Notes: a model not told the origin generated them from the letters alone. Positions 13,566-25,577 are shown, counted from the stretch's first letter. The stretch is 64,000 nucleotides of DNA from Macrostomum lignano (GCA_002269645.1 NIVC01001780.1:62001-126000), one strand, 5' to 3'. Program-made: numbers and translations.

Positions 13566-15747
13566 ACAAGAGCTATAAATACTTATCACATTTCAAAGTG
13601 ATTTTGGTGACTTATTTACAAGAAAGTATATGGTTCCAAGTGTGAACCTATTAAATATATAATTTATCTATAGAGCACTTGGCAAAATGTTGATACTCAT
13701 ACCATGGACTTGCAAAAGTTACAAAGAACAAAAAATAATTCCATCATACAGAATTTCACTTGTTAAAGAAAAAATTCAACAAGCAATAGGGAGCTTCAAA
13801 ATAATTGTAAAGTGTACTGTTATATTGTATTCAAAGTATTGATGCACATAAAAGTTGCAACTTAACAAATTATTCAGATGATCACAGGCAGAAAAAATGC
13901 AAGACAAAGAAAAAGCAGCATAAAAAATGGACAATTATATAGCTAACAAATCTTCATTCGAATCATTGTTTTCAGCAGGTTTTTTAAATGTAGATGATGA
14001 CATTTGTAGATGGTAGCTGAAATGGAAATTTAAGTGAATATGAATAATTATATTTCACAAAAAATTAAACCATGTAAATTTTACCCAGGTAATAGTTCTT
14101 AATCTAAAGAAATGCTAAGTAAATGCACTTTATAATATAATTACTATTTTGAAACTAATAGCAGTCTTTTTTGAATGTAATAAATAAGTCTTTAAATATT
14201 TTTATAGAGATATTATAAAATATAGAAAGTATTAAAATCTAAATATATTCCAAACAAAAATATTACTTTGCTTTTAAATAAAAATTTAATTTAGGCCTTG
14301 TCCTTAATAGACCAATAATATAACATAGTTTATAAATATACTTAAATATTTTTTTATTATAAATTGCTTAATTTTCTGATCTTAAAATCTAAATCATCAA
14401 ATATACCAAAAATAAAAATATTCTATAAACTAAAAATAAAATTTTAAGTCTAAATACTTCTAGGCTTATAATTAAAAACTAACTAGGCTTATATTATATT
14501 TCTAATAAGCTAAAGACAATTTATTAGAATGATTAATTATAATTGGGCCTAATCAACAGATATCCTAAGACTTAATAAAACAATATTATTACTACTAATC
14601 TATTATCAATAATAAAAGTCAAAAATTTGCAATCAAAATTAATAACATAGCCTAGATAGGCCTAATTCTAGTCCAGCTGTCTAAAAGTAAAAAAAACAAA
14701 GTATTTTTACTCTGAAGCATTTCTTGCACTTTTTACAATGACATTAAATCTGAAACTGAAGATTAAAAACAGAAGCTAAAAGGCAAAACTGTAAACAAGG
14801 TCAAGGTTAGATAAGGGAGGCCAGATGATTTTTCCTATATACTCTGGTATATACTAACCATTATGCAGATCAAGACAATAATTTTTAAGTCACAACTCAC
14901 AAGTCAGTTTTAAAATTTTATCTATATTTATATTCTGAGTCAGTATCAGTATTATACTAAGCCCATATGACTATAATATTAGCCTTCAAAAAAACTTCTA
15001 GATCTAGTTAAAGAAGCCAAGAAGGCAGGCCTATGCCTATAGGGCATAGTGGGTAGGCTGGCCTACTGGGCCATATAAAATGTCAATTACAATAACTATA
15101 GTCAGCCAATTGTTGAGCGACAATGTATATCAACTACTATATGAAAGAAAATCAGCAACAAATAATTGCTAAAAGGCCTATCTAACTAAAGCCTAAGTTT
15201 GAAAAGAAAGATAAAAGGACAATTTTACACAAACTGACAAACCTATGCGAAAGTGAAAATTAGAATTTTCGTTTCGAATTTTGACAGTTTAAACAAATTA
15301 GATAATAATCATTTGCCCCAAACAATATAAGATGTAATATTTATTTCATTTGTTAATGAAACAAATACTCAAGAATCAGTAAATACTGATATTTTAGCAA
15401 AACTTCCTAAAATTTTTATCATAATAGATTAGTAAAAGAATTAAAGTCTTGCAATGTGCAATTGTGTAAATGTATTTATAGTCTTTTCATGTAAATTATG
15501 CAATCCAATAGAATGTTTGCCTTTTACGGAAAACTAGCTTTGATGATGCAGCTAGCCAAGCTCATAAATCTTCCCAAAGAAAAATACAGACACCTATAGC
15601 TTCGGGATGTATTGCTGTAGCTGTATTCAGCTGTATTCAGGAATACAAAAACTCCAAGGAATAGCCAAATAATCATTTTTTGTGAGCGGGAGCGATGTCA
15701 GCTAAATAAAAGCTGTTATCCTGCTGGTAAAAAATGTGTATGTACAG

Positions 15748-16450
15748 ATTTTGCAAACTTGGAAAGTCAACCGAGTAGGCTCTACTTTGGATACTTTCTA
15801 AGTACTTGGATGTAGACATCGGAAGTGTACTTTGCAAACTTGGAAAGTCGAACCAAGTAGGCTCTACTTTGGATACTTTCTAAGTACTTGGATGTAGACA
15901 TCGGAAGTGTACTTTGCAAACTTGGAAAGTCGAACCAAGTAGGCTCTACTTTGGATACTTTCTAAGTACTTGGATGTAGACATCGGAAGTGTACTTTGCA
16001 AACTTGGAAAGTCGAACCAAGTAGGCTCTACTTTGGATACTTTCTAAGTACTTGGATGTAGACATCGGAAGTGTACTTTGCAAACTTGGAAAGTCGAACC
16101 AAGTAGGCTCTACTTTGGATACTTTCTAAGTACTTGGATGTAGACATCGGAAGTGTACTTTGCAAACTTGGAAAGTCGAACCAAGTAGGCTCTACTTTGG
16201 ATACTTTCTAAGTACTTGGATGTAGACATCGGAAGTGTACTTTGCAAACTTGGAAAGTCGAACCAAGTAGGCTCTACTTTGGATACTTTCTAAGTACTTG
16301 GATATAGACATCGGAAGTGTACTTTGCAAACTTGGAAAGTCGATTGAAGTTGGGTAAAAACATTGCATACTTTTTAAGTACATGACAATGATACTTTGCA
16401 AACTTGGTAAGTCAACAATGTCATCCAAGTACATGGTTGACTTGGAAAGT
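15748..16450. repeat. 82-bp tandem array (about 7.5 units plus degenerate tail), RIOK2 intron 1
   Basis: Unit tttgcaaacttggaaagtcgaaccaagtaggctctactttggatactttctaagtacttggatgtagacatcggaagtgtac; period 82 (15841 to 15923). Confidence 0.97.
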
Positions 16451-17794
16451 TTAGCATGTTTTTTTTTCCCGGGTATGGCCTGCATGAGCTTTTTCCATTG
16501 GAGGTTTTCTAGCTGAACCTTTGCTGCCAAGATTTTCTTATAGCAAGGTTTTCTGCAAGAGTTTTCATTGCCAAGATTTACCTATAGGCCTAGGCTATAG
16601 TTTTGATCATATATTATTATATGCCAGCTTTGGTAAGGGAAAAAGTATAGGACCATGTTGTACTAAAACAAGTTTTCAAGTATGGCTATGTACACTTTAT
16701 TCATGCACAACCTCCAAATTTTGGTTGGCCATACAACTTAGTTTTAACAAAAATGCAACATCATTTTTGGCCAAAAATCCAACTTACATGTAAAAAACCT
16801 TTCAACTTCAATTTGGTATGGTAATCAATGACTTTGCTGATGTAGCTGCTGATTTGCAGCTTGGCCTTGAGTATCAAAAAAGAAGGGGTCCCAATGCTGC
16901 CAAACTCCATGCTCTTAGTCACTATTGTAATTGACAAATTGAGGCAAGTGGCATCATTTGATAGGCTCTCTATCTGTCATGTTCTAATCAATGGAAGCAT
17001 CCACTTTAACTTTGCTCATAGCTCAAACATTTAGTTTGATTGGCTGCTGTTGCAATTGCATAGTGAAGTAAAAGGTTTCCACTATAGCCTTTGTGAATTA
17101 AAATATTACCATTAGGTACCAATAAGTTTCCTTTGTACAAAACACATTCAAAGCTTAATGCACTGTCTTAAAGCCAACAGTAGTACTAAATAAGCTAATT
17201 TAATGTAATAAAGCAGAAAAATAAATTAAAAAACATATATTATATTGTATTTTATTGAATAAAACCATACTAGTTTTACTGCCATTTAGGGCAAAGTCTA
17301 GAAGCCAACAGGCCAATTGTCCTGCAACTTAAAATAGTGTGGATCCCAATACATGGACTGATAAACTGCCTATTCTTGCAGACCTATTCATAGCCAATTG
17401 CCAGAAGCCATAATGACTTCAAATTCTAGACCTAAGTAACCTTGGAACATCTCACTGCATATCTTAACTTCATCAATGGGCTCCTTGACTTCTGGCAAAC
17501 GTCAGTTCTCGCAACCAACAACCTTTTTGAAGGCACTATGCAAACAAACATTCAGCTGCAGGTGTGCATGGCACTGTGCTTGCTTCACAATGCGCTTAGC
17601 TGCTAGCAACTCTGTATATCTCTACATTGACCTCAATGTTATTGGAGCTAAACAATGATAGGATGGCAGCCACATCCATGACAGAAATATCAGAAATCAC
17701 AGTGATCCCAAGTGTGCCAGTCAAGGTCTATAGACTCGCCAGTCACAAGCACTCCCTTAAAAATATCACCGGGAACAATTGAATTGTAGCACTC

Positions 17795-18015
17795 CTACAG
17801 TTGAAAGTAATCTTCAAGATGGAAGCCATTTGATTTGGCCAGGAGATGCTCTACACTAGGAATAGGGTAATTCTCAAACTTTTTTACATTCATATGTACG
17901 CTATAATCAGCACACATTCTGAGTATCCATTCTTCACCCATACAACCAGAGAGAAGTTGCTTACTAGGCCATCTGTAGGCTCAATCACACCCAGTTGTTG
18001 AAGTCTCTTTAGCTT
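17795..18015 (-). mobile_element. Degenerate Ty3/gypsy reverse-transcriptase fragment in RIOK2 intron 1
   Basis: Minus-strand translation LKRLQQLGVIEPTD...VVWVKNG, then after a 1-nt frameshift RMCADYSVHMN...NYPIPSVEHLLAKSNG...DYFQL*, matching the gypsy RT N-terminal motifs GVIEP...RxCxDY...YPLP. Confidence 0.75.
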
Positions 18016-18943
18016 AGTGTTCACCATAGACTAAGTCAAAGGTAGGCCTATTTAACAAGGAGTGATAAAACAATGATCAAGTGTTAGTAGCTAATATTTA
18101 TCCTAAAAAAAACAAATAAAACTTGTAAATAATAGACACTCAATGCTTCATACTATATATCAGTACAGTATATTAGTATAAGTGCCAGACATGGTATAAT
18201 ATTTATAGTATATAAGATGAGCCCTATATTTAATATTTTAGGCTTTTAATATTCTTGTTTGAATATTTAACTCATTGTGATCATAGAATAGTATTTAGCA
18301 TATTTCATTTTTTGCCTATGCTATATTGGTATGATAGTGCAGAAAATTCTAGTTGTTAGACTCTGTCCTAGTTAATCTATTTGATCTTCTTATTTATGAT
18401 CCTTGTTGATAAGGCCCTAGTACCTTAAAGTGTCCCTTAGCATATTTTTGTTATACCCTTGATATATCTCTACAATTTTATTTGTCCCAATATAATAAGC
18501 AATAAGTTAAGAGAACTAACTTAATTATCCCATTGTATATTTAAAAACCAAAAGTAGTCTAGATGAAAGTCTAGTGGTTGCCTTCAAAGAATAAACCAAA
18601 ACATTTTGATTGCTAGGACTAGTATTCTATTAGCACATTTTTCATTACAAACAAATGTCTTCTACATAGTCTCAACTAGTTTGATATTGAATTTAAGCCA
18701 TATCTTCAAAAAGTAAAAAGTTAAAGTAACAAATCTGTAATATTCAATTAATGCTAATAACTTTGTTATAAAAAGTGAATACCAATGAACTTTAATTTAA
18801 TAATGGACTTTATTTATCAAAATTTAACTGATGCCCTATGATGCTGATAAATGAACTTGATTTTTTATATTTAAACTGTCCTTCATTCCTGACTTGAATT
18901 GCAAAGCCCTAACTCATTGACGCATGGCTTCTCAACAATGCAG

Positions 18944-19157
18944 GTTGAGATGGGCATGAAAAATCATGAGTTTGTACCAGACAAATTGGCCAAAGCCATC
19001 TCAGGCCTGAGATGCTCAGATAGTGGCGTGCTCAAAATCTGTCGCGATCTTTGTCAAAGACGACTGCTCAGTCATGTTGATGCTGGCTACAGATTGACGG
19101 TTGCTGGATATGACTGTCTGGCACTGAAGGCGCTGGTTAACTCTGGAAAGCTGACAG
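18944..19157 (+). CDS. RIOK2: RIO kinase 2, exon 2 (winged-helix domain)
   Basis: Acceptor atgcAG; VEMGMKNHEFVP...GYRLTVAGYDCLALKAL matches RIO2; donor AG|GTATGT, phase 1. Confidence 0.95.
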
Positions 19158-19175
19158 GTATGTTTTGGAATCTAG

Positions 19176-21710
19176 AGGGTAAGAATCGTGAGGTTCCGGG
19201 GGTAAGAATCGTGAGGTTGTGGGGGTAAGAATCGTTAGAAGATTCTGGTGGTAAGAATCGTGAGGTTGTGGGGGTAAGAATCGTTAGAAGATTCTGGGGG
19301 TAAGAATCGTGAGATTTTGGGGGTAAGAATCGTGAGGTTCTGGGGGTAAGAATCGTGAGGTTCTGGGGGTAAGAGTCGTGAGGTTCTGGGGGTAAGAGTC
19401 GTGAGGTTCTGGTGGTAAGAATCGTGAGGTTCTGGGGGTAAGAATCGTGAGGTTCTGGGGGTAAGAGTCGTGAGGTTCTGGTGGTAAGAATCGTGAGGTT
19501 CTGGGGGGTAAGAATCGTTAGAAGATTCTGGGGGTAAGAATCGTTAGAAGATTCTGGGGGTAAGAATCGTGAGGTTCTGGGGGTAAAAATCGTTAGAAGA
19601 TTCTGGGGGTAAGAATCGTGAGGTTCTGGGGGTAAGAATCGTGAGGTTCTGGGGGTAAGAATCGTGAGGTTCTGGTGGTAAGAATCGTGAGGTTGTGGGG
19701 GTAAGAATCGTTAGAAGATTCTGGGGGTAAGAATCGTGAGATTTTGGGGGTAAGAATCGTGAGGTTCTGGGGGTAAGAATCGTGAGGTTCTGGGGGTAAG
19801 AGTCGTGAGGTTCTGGTGGTAAGAATCGTGAGGTTCTGGGGGGTAAGAATCGTTAGAAGATTCTGGGGGTAAGAATCGTTAGAAGATTCTGGGGGTAAGA
19901 ATCGTTAGAAGATTCTGGGGGTAAGAATCGTGAGGTTCTGGGGGGTAAAAATCGTTAGAAGATTCTGGGGGTAAGAATCGTGAGGTTCTGGGGGTAAGAA
20001 TCGTGAGGTTCTGGGGGTAAGAGTCGTGAGGTTCTGGGGGTAAGAGTCATGAGGTTCCGGGGGAAAGAATCGTTAGAAGATTCTGGGGGTAAGAATCGTG
20101 AGGTTCTGGGGTAAGAATCGTGAGGTTCTGGTGGTAAGAGTCGTGAGGTTCTGGGGGTAAGAGTCGTGAGGTTCTGGGGGTAAGAGTCGTGAGGTTCTGG
20201 GGGTAAGAATCGTTAGAAGATTCTGGGGGTAAGAATCGTGAGGTTCTGGGGTAAGAATCGTGAGATTCTGGGGGTAAGAATCGTGAGATTCTGGGGGTAA
20301 GAATCGTGAGGTTCTGGGGTAAGAATCGTGAGGTTCTGGTGGTAAGAGTCGTGAGGTTCTGGGGTAAGAGTCGTGAGGTTCTGGGGTAAGAGTCGTGAGG
20401 TTCTGGGGGTAAGAATCGTTAGAAGATTCTGGGGGTAAGAATCGTGAGGTTCTGGGGGTAAGAGTCGTGAGGTTCTGGGGGTAAGAGTCGTGAGGTTCTG
20501 GTGGTAAGAATCGTGAGGTTCTGGGGGTAAGAATCGTGAGGTTCTGGGGGTAAGAGTCGTGAGATTCTGAGGGGGGTAAGAATCGTAAGATTCTGGGGGG
20601 GGGTAAGAATCGTGAGATTCTGGGGGTAAAAATCGTGAGATTCTGGGGGTAAGAATCGTTAGAAGATTCTGGGGGTAAGAATCGTGAGGTTCTGGGGTAA
20701 GAATCGTGAGATTCTGGGGGTAAGAATCGTGAGATTCTGGGGTAAGAATCGTGAGATTCTGGGGTAAGAATCGTGAGATTCTGGGGTAAGAATCGTGAGA
20801 TTCTGGGGTAAGAATCGTGAGATTCTGGGGGTAAGAATCGTGAGATTCTGGGGGTAAGAATCGTGAGATTCTGGGGGTAAGAATCGAGAGATTCTGGGGG
20901 TAAGAATCGAGAGATTCTGGGGGTAAGAATCGTGAGATTCTGGGGGTAAGAATCGTTAGAAGATTCTGGGGGTAAGAATCGTGAGGTTCTGGGGGTAAGA
21001 ATCGTGAGGTTCTGGGGGTAAGAGTCGTGAGGTTCTGAGGGTAAGAATCGTTAGAAGATTCTGGGGGTAAGAATCGTGAGGTTCTGGGGGTAACAGTCGT
21101 GAGATTCTGAGGGTAAGAGTCGTGAGATTCTGAGGGTAAGAGTCGTGAGATTCTGGGGGTAAGAATCGTGAGATTCTGGGAGTAAGAATCGTGAGGTTCT
21201 GGGGGTAAGAATCGTGAGGTTCTGGGGGTAAGAATCGTGAGATTCTGGGGGTAAGAATCGTGAGGTTCTGGGGGTAAGAATCGTGAGGTTCTGGGGGTAA
21301 GAGTCGTGAGGTTCTGGGGGTAAGAGTCGTGAGGTTCTGGGGGTAAAAATCGTTAGAAGATTCTGGGGGTAAGAATCGTGAGGTTCTGGGGGTAAGAGTC
21401 GTGAGGTTCTGAGGGTAAGAATCGTTAGAAGATTCTGGGGGTAAGAATCGTGAGGTTCTGAGGGTAAGAGTCGTGAGATTCTGAGGGTAAGAGTCGTGAG
21501 ATTCTGAGGGTAAGAGTCGTGAGATTCTGAGGGTAAGAGTCGTGAGATTCTGAGGGTAAAAATCGTGAGATTCTGGGGGTAAGCATCGTGAGATTCTGGA
21601 GGTAAGCATCGTGAGATTCTGGGGGTAAGCATCGTGAGATTCTTGGGGTAAGAATCGTGAGATTCTGGGGGTAAGCATCGTGAGATTCTGGGTGTAAGAC
21701 TCGTGAGATC
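19176..21710 (+). repeat. 23/26-bp minisatellite (about 105-110 units) filling RIOK2 intron 2
   Basis: Unit gggggtaagaatcgtgag(g/a)ttct, with variant ...aatcgttagaagattct; period 23 (20821 to 20844). Confidence 0.98.
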
Positions 21711-21755
21711 CCAAAATGATGATTATTCAGCATCTCCCGCATTCTTCATCAACAG

Positions 21756-22211
21756 GTATCGGCAGTCAGATTGGTGTTGGCAAAGAAAGCGATGTCTACT
21801 TGGCCTGCGATGCGGATGGCGGCGAAGTGTGCGTGAAGCTGCATCGACTTGGTCGAACGTCTTTCCGTCAGTTGAAGAACAAGCGCGACTATATTGGTGC
21901 CCGACGGCACTTCAACTGGCTCTACGTGAGCAGACTATCAGCTGAGAGAGAGTTCGCCTTCCTGCAGGCTCTGCACTCCGAAGGCCTGCCAGTGCCGAAG
22001 CCGCATGGTCACAATCGACACGCTGTTGTCATGGAATTTGTCACCAATGCCAGTCCGCTGAATAGCGTGTCCAGCGACCATCCTAATGCGGAGTCCCTGT
22101 ACCTGCAGTGCCGGGCTGGACTGGAGCGACTGGCGGAGCTGGGGCTGGTGCATGGCGATTATAATGAGTTCAATCTGCTGGTGCAGGAGCCCAGCGATGA
22201 AGGGCCTGATG
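21756..22211 (+). CDS. RIOK2: RIO kinase 2, exon 3 (kinase N-lobe to catalytic loop)
   Basis: GSQIGVGKESDVY, VKLHRLGRTSFRQLKNKRDY, WLYVSRLSAEREF, PVPKP...NRHAVVME, LVHGDYNEFNLL; acceptor caacAG 21755, donor G|GTTGGT 22212. Confidence 0.97.
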
Positions 22212-22229
22212 GTTGGTGTCTCTGAGTTT

Positions 22230-22800
22230 AGGGATTTTGGAGCTTTTGGGTTTGTTTTAGGATCAGTTGCGATTGCTTTGGGATCGCTTAGAATGTTTTG
22301 GGATCCATTAGGAATTTTGGGATCTTTTAGAAAAGTTTTAGGATCTTAATGATTTTTTCGAGATCTTAGGGATTTCTTCGGGATCTTAGGGATTTGTTTG
22401 GGATGTTAGGGATTTGTTTTTGGGATCTTAGGGATTTGTTTGGTATCTTAGAGATTTGTTTGGGATCTTAGGGATTAGTTTTGGGATCTTAGGGATTTGT
22501 TTGGGATCTTAGGGATTTGTTTGGGATCTTTGGGATTTGTTTGGGATCTTAGGGATTTCTTCGGGATCTTAGAGATTTCTTCGGGATCTTGGGGATTTGT
22601 TCGGGATCTTAAGAATTTGTTTGGGATCTTTGGGATTTGTTTGGAATCTTTGGGATTTGTTTGGGATCTTTGGGATTTGTTTGGGATCTTTGGGATTTGT
22701 TTGGGATCTTTGGGATTTGTTTGGGATCTTGGGGATTAGTTTGGGATCTTTGGGATTTGTTTGGAATCTTTGGGATTTGTTTGGGATCTTAGGGACTGCT
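22230..22800. repeat. About 20-bp minisatellite (tttgggatctt(a/t)gggatttg) in RIOK2 intron 3
   Basis: Direct reading, degenerate at both ends. Confidence 0.93.
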
Positions 22801-22954
22801 TTACGATTCCGGGAAATTTTTTGGAGCTTTTTGGGGATCCAAGGGGTTTTTTGGTATGTTTAAACTTATTTTGGCTTTAGGTTTTTCCTGTATCTCACAT
22901 CTTTTCGGGAATGTTTTGCATTGTTTCATCACCCTTGGCAACAATTTTTCGCAG

Positions 22955-23193
22955 GCAAACCGCTCGTGCGCATCATCGACCTGCCGCAGTGCATCTCGCG
23001 GCGGCACCCACAGGCTGTTGAGCAGTACAACAGGGACGCCGGCTGTCTGGTGACCTTCTTCCTGCGCAAGTTCGAACAGCTGCGTCACGGCTGGCTGCAG
23101 GAGCGCGAGCCAACTCGCCTGTCAGACATCGCCCGAGATGCCCAGGGGGTCCGGCTGGACGAGAAACTGAAAGCATCCGGTTACAGAGCTGGG
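22955..23193 (+). CDS. RIOK2: RIO kinase 2, exon 4
   Basis: Acceptor tttcgcAG; IIDLPQCIS..HP.A...YNRD..C...FF..KF...LD..LKASGY matches RIO2 IDFPQMVS..HPNA..YFDRDV.CI..FF..RF...ASGY; donor GGG|GTGAGC. Confidence 0.93.
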
Positions 23194-23206
23194 GTGAGCT
23201 CAAGAC

Positions 23207-24900
23207 AGAATCCCCATCATGATCCCCAGTATAGAATCCCCATGATGATCCCAAATATAGAATCCCCATCATGATCCCAAATATAAAATCCCCATCATGA
23301 TCCCAAATATAGAATCCCCCTCATGATCCCAAATATAGAATCCCCATCATGATCCCAAATATAGAATCCCCATCATGATCCCAAATATAGGATCCCCATC
23401 ATGATCCCCAGTCTAGAATCCCCATGATGATCCCAATATAGAATCCCCATCATGATCCCAAATATAGAATCCCCATCATGATCCCCAGTATAGAATCCCC
23501 ATGATGATCCCAAATATAGAATCCCCATCATGATCCCAAATATAAAATCCCCATCATGATCCCAAATATAGAATCCCCATCATGATCCCAAATATAGAAT
23601 CCCCATCATGATCCCAAATATAGAATCCCCATCATGATCCCAAATATAGAATCCCCATCATGATCCCAAATATAGAATCCCCATCATGATCCCAAATATA
23701 GAATCCCCATCATGATCCCCAGTCTAGAATCCCCATCATGATCCCAATCTAGAATCCCCATCATGATCCCCAAGTCTAGAATCCCCATCATGATCCCCAG
23801 TCTAGAATCCCCATGATGATCCCAAATATAGAATCCCCATCATGATCCCAAATATAGAATATCCCCATCATGATCCCAATCTTGAATCCCCATCATGATC
23901 CCCAATCTAGAATCCCCATCATGATCCCCAATATAGAATCCCCATCATGATCCCAAATATAGGATCCCCATCATGATCCCCAATATAGAATCCCCATCAT
24001 GATCCCCAGTCTAGAATCCCCATCATGATCCCAAATATAGAATCCCCATCATGATCCCAAATATAGGATCCCCATCATGATCCCCAGTCTAGAATACCCA
24101 TCATGATCTACAATCTACTCGTAGAATCCCCATCATGATCCCCAAGTCTAGAATCCCCATCATGATCCCCAGTCTAGAATCCCCATGATGATCCCAAATA
24201 TAGAATCCCCATCATGATCCCAAATATAGAATATCCCCATCATGATCCCAATCTTGAATCCCCATCATGATCCCCAATCTAGAATCCCCATCATGATCCC
24301 CAATATAGAATCCCCATCATGATCCCAAATATAGGATCCCCATCATGATCCCCAATATAGAATCCCCATCATGATCCCCAGTCTAGAATCCCCATCATGA
24401 TCCCAAATATAGAATCCCCATCATGATCCCAAATATAGGATCCCCATCATGATCCCCAGTCTAGAATACCCATCATGATCTGCAATCTACTCGTAGAATC
24501 CCCATCATGATCCCCAAGTCTAGAATCCCCATCATGATCCCCAGTCTAGAATCCCCATCATGATCCCAAATCTAGAATCCCCATGATGATCCCAAATATA
24601 GAACCCCCATCATGATCCCAAATATAGAATCCCCATCATGATCCCAAATATAGAATCCCCATGATGATCCCAAATATAGAATCCCCATCATGATCCCAAA
24701 TCTAGAATCCCCATGATGATCCCAAATATAGAACCCCCATCATGATCCCAAATATAGAACCCCCATCATGATCCCAAATATAGAATCCCCATCATGATCC
24801 CAAATCTAGAATCCCCATCATGATCCCCAATCCAGAATCCCCATCATTATGATCCCCAATCCAGAATCCCCATCGTGATCCCAATGATAGATCCCATCAC
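23207..24900. repeat. 26-bp minisatellite (about 65 units) filling RIOK2 intron 4
   Basis: Unit atgatcccaaatatagaatccccatc; period 26 (23641 to 23667). Confidence 0.98.
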
Positions 24901-24912
24901 CATCCTTTTAAG

Positions 24913-25353
24913 GACGTGGTTGCTGAGGAAGAGGAGGATTCAAACGAAGACTCAGACTCGACAGCTAATGAGGATTGCGATGAAGCCGCTAAGGCTAAGG
25001 AAGCTGGAGCAACAGCAAATTCTGATGCAGACAAACCCGGCGAAGAAGGAGAAGATAAAGATGAAGACGTCTCAGACTCCGATGCAGACTCGAACAGCGA
25101 GGAGTCAGGCGAGTCGGCAGAAGACTCAGAAGCTGCAGGTGCTGTTGGAGCAACAGGTGCCAAGTCAACTGGGAAAAGTTCTAGTCGATCCAAACCTCCC
25201 GACGACCCATCGACCGCCAGGCGCCGGGTGCGCGCTGAGCGCCAGCGCGAGATGCGCCGGGCCGGTCTGCGCGCTGGCAGACGCGCAGCTAAGCGCGAAC
25301 GAACGGCGCGCGATCGGCGAGACATGCACGAAGAGCTGACGACCTGGGGCTGA
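24913..25353 (+). CDS. RIOK2: RIO kinase 2, exon 5 (acidic linker and basic C-terminal helix, stop)
   Basis: Acceptor ccttttaAG at 24912, phase 0; acidic tract then RRRVRAERQRE...ELTTWG* resembles the RIO2 C-terminus. Exons sum to 1416 nt = 471 aa plus stop. Confidence 0.88.
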   Translation, partial: DVVAEEEEDSNEDSDSTANEDCDEAAKAKEAGATANSDADKPGEEGEDKDEDVSDSDADSNSEESGESAEDSEAAGAVGATGAKSTGKSSSRSKPPDDPSTARRRVRAERQREMRRAGLRAGRRAAKRERTARDRRDMHEELTTWG

Positions 25354-25407
25354 TTTAAAGTTTTCTCCTGGTTGAAGGTTGAACCGCATTTGTCCTTCTG
25401 TCGTTGA

Positions 25408-25467
25408 AATAAAATGGGAAGAAATATATCAGCAAAAAAATTAAAAATGGACTTGATCGGCAATAAA
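25408..25467 (+). promoter_or_regulatory. Two AATAAA polyadenylation signals of RIOK2
   Basis: AATAAA at 25408 and 25462, followed by a T-rich stretch. Confidence 0.55.
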
Positions 25468-25577
25468 ATAACTTGATATTATTGATTGCCTTCTGTTGAA
25501 ATTTTTTTTGTCTTTAAAGTTGACGCTTGATTTTCTTATATTTCTACTTTAAGTAGCTTAAATAGCTAAGTAGCTTA

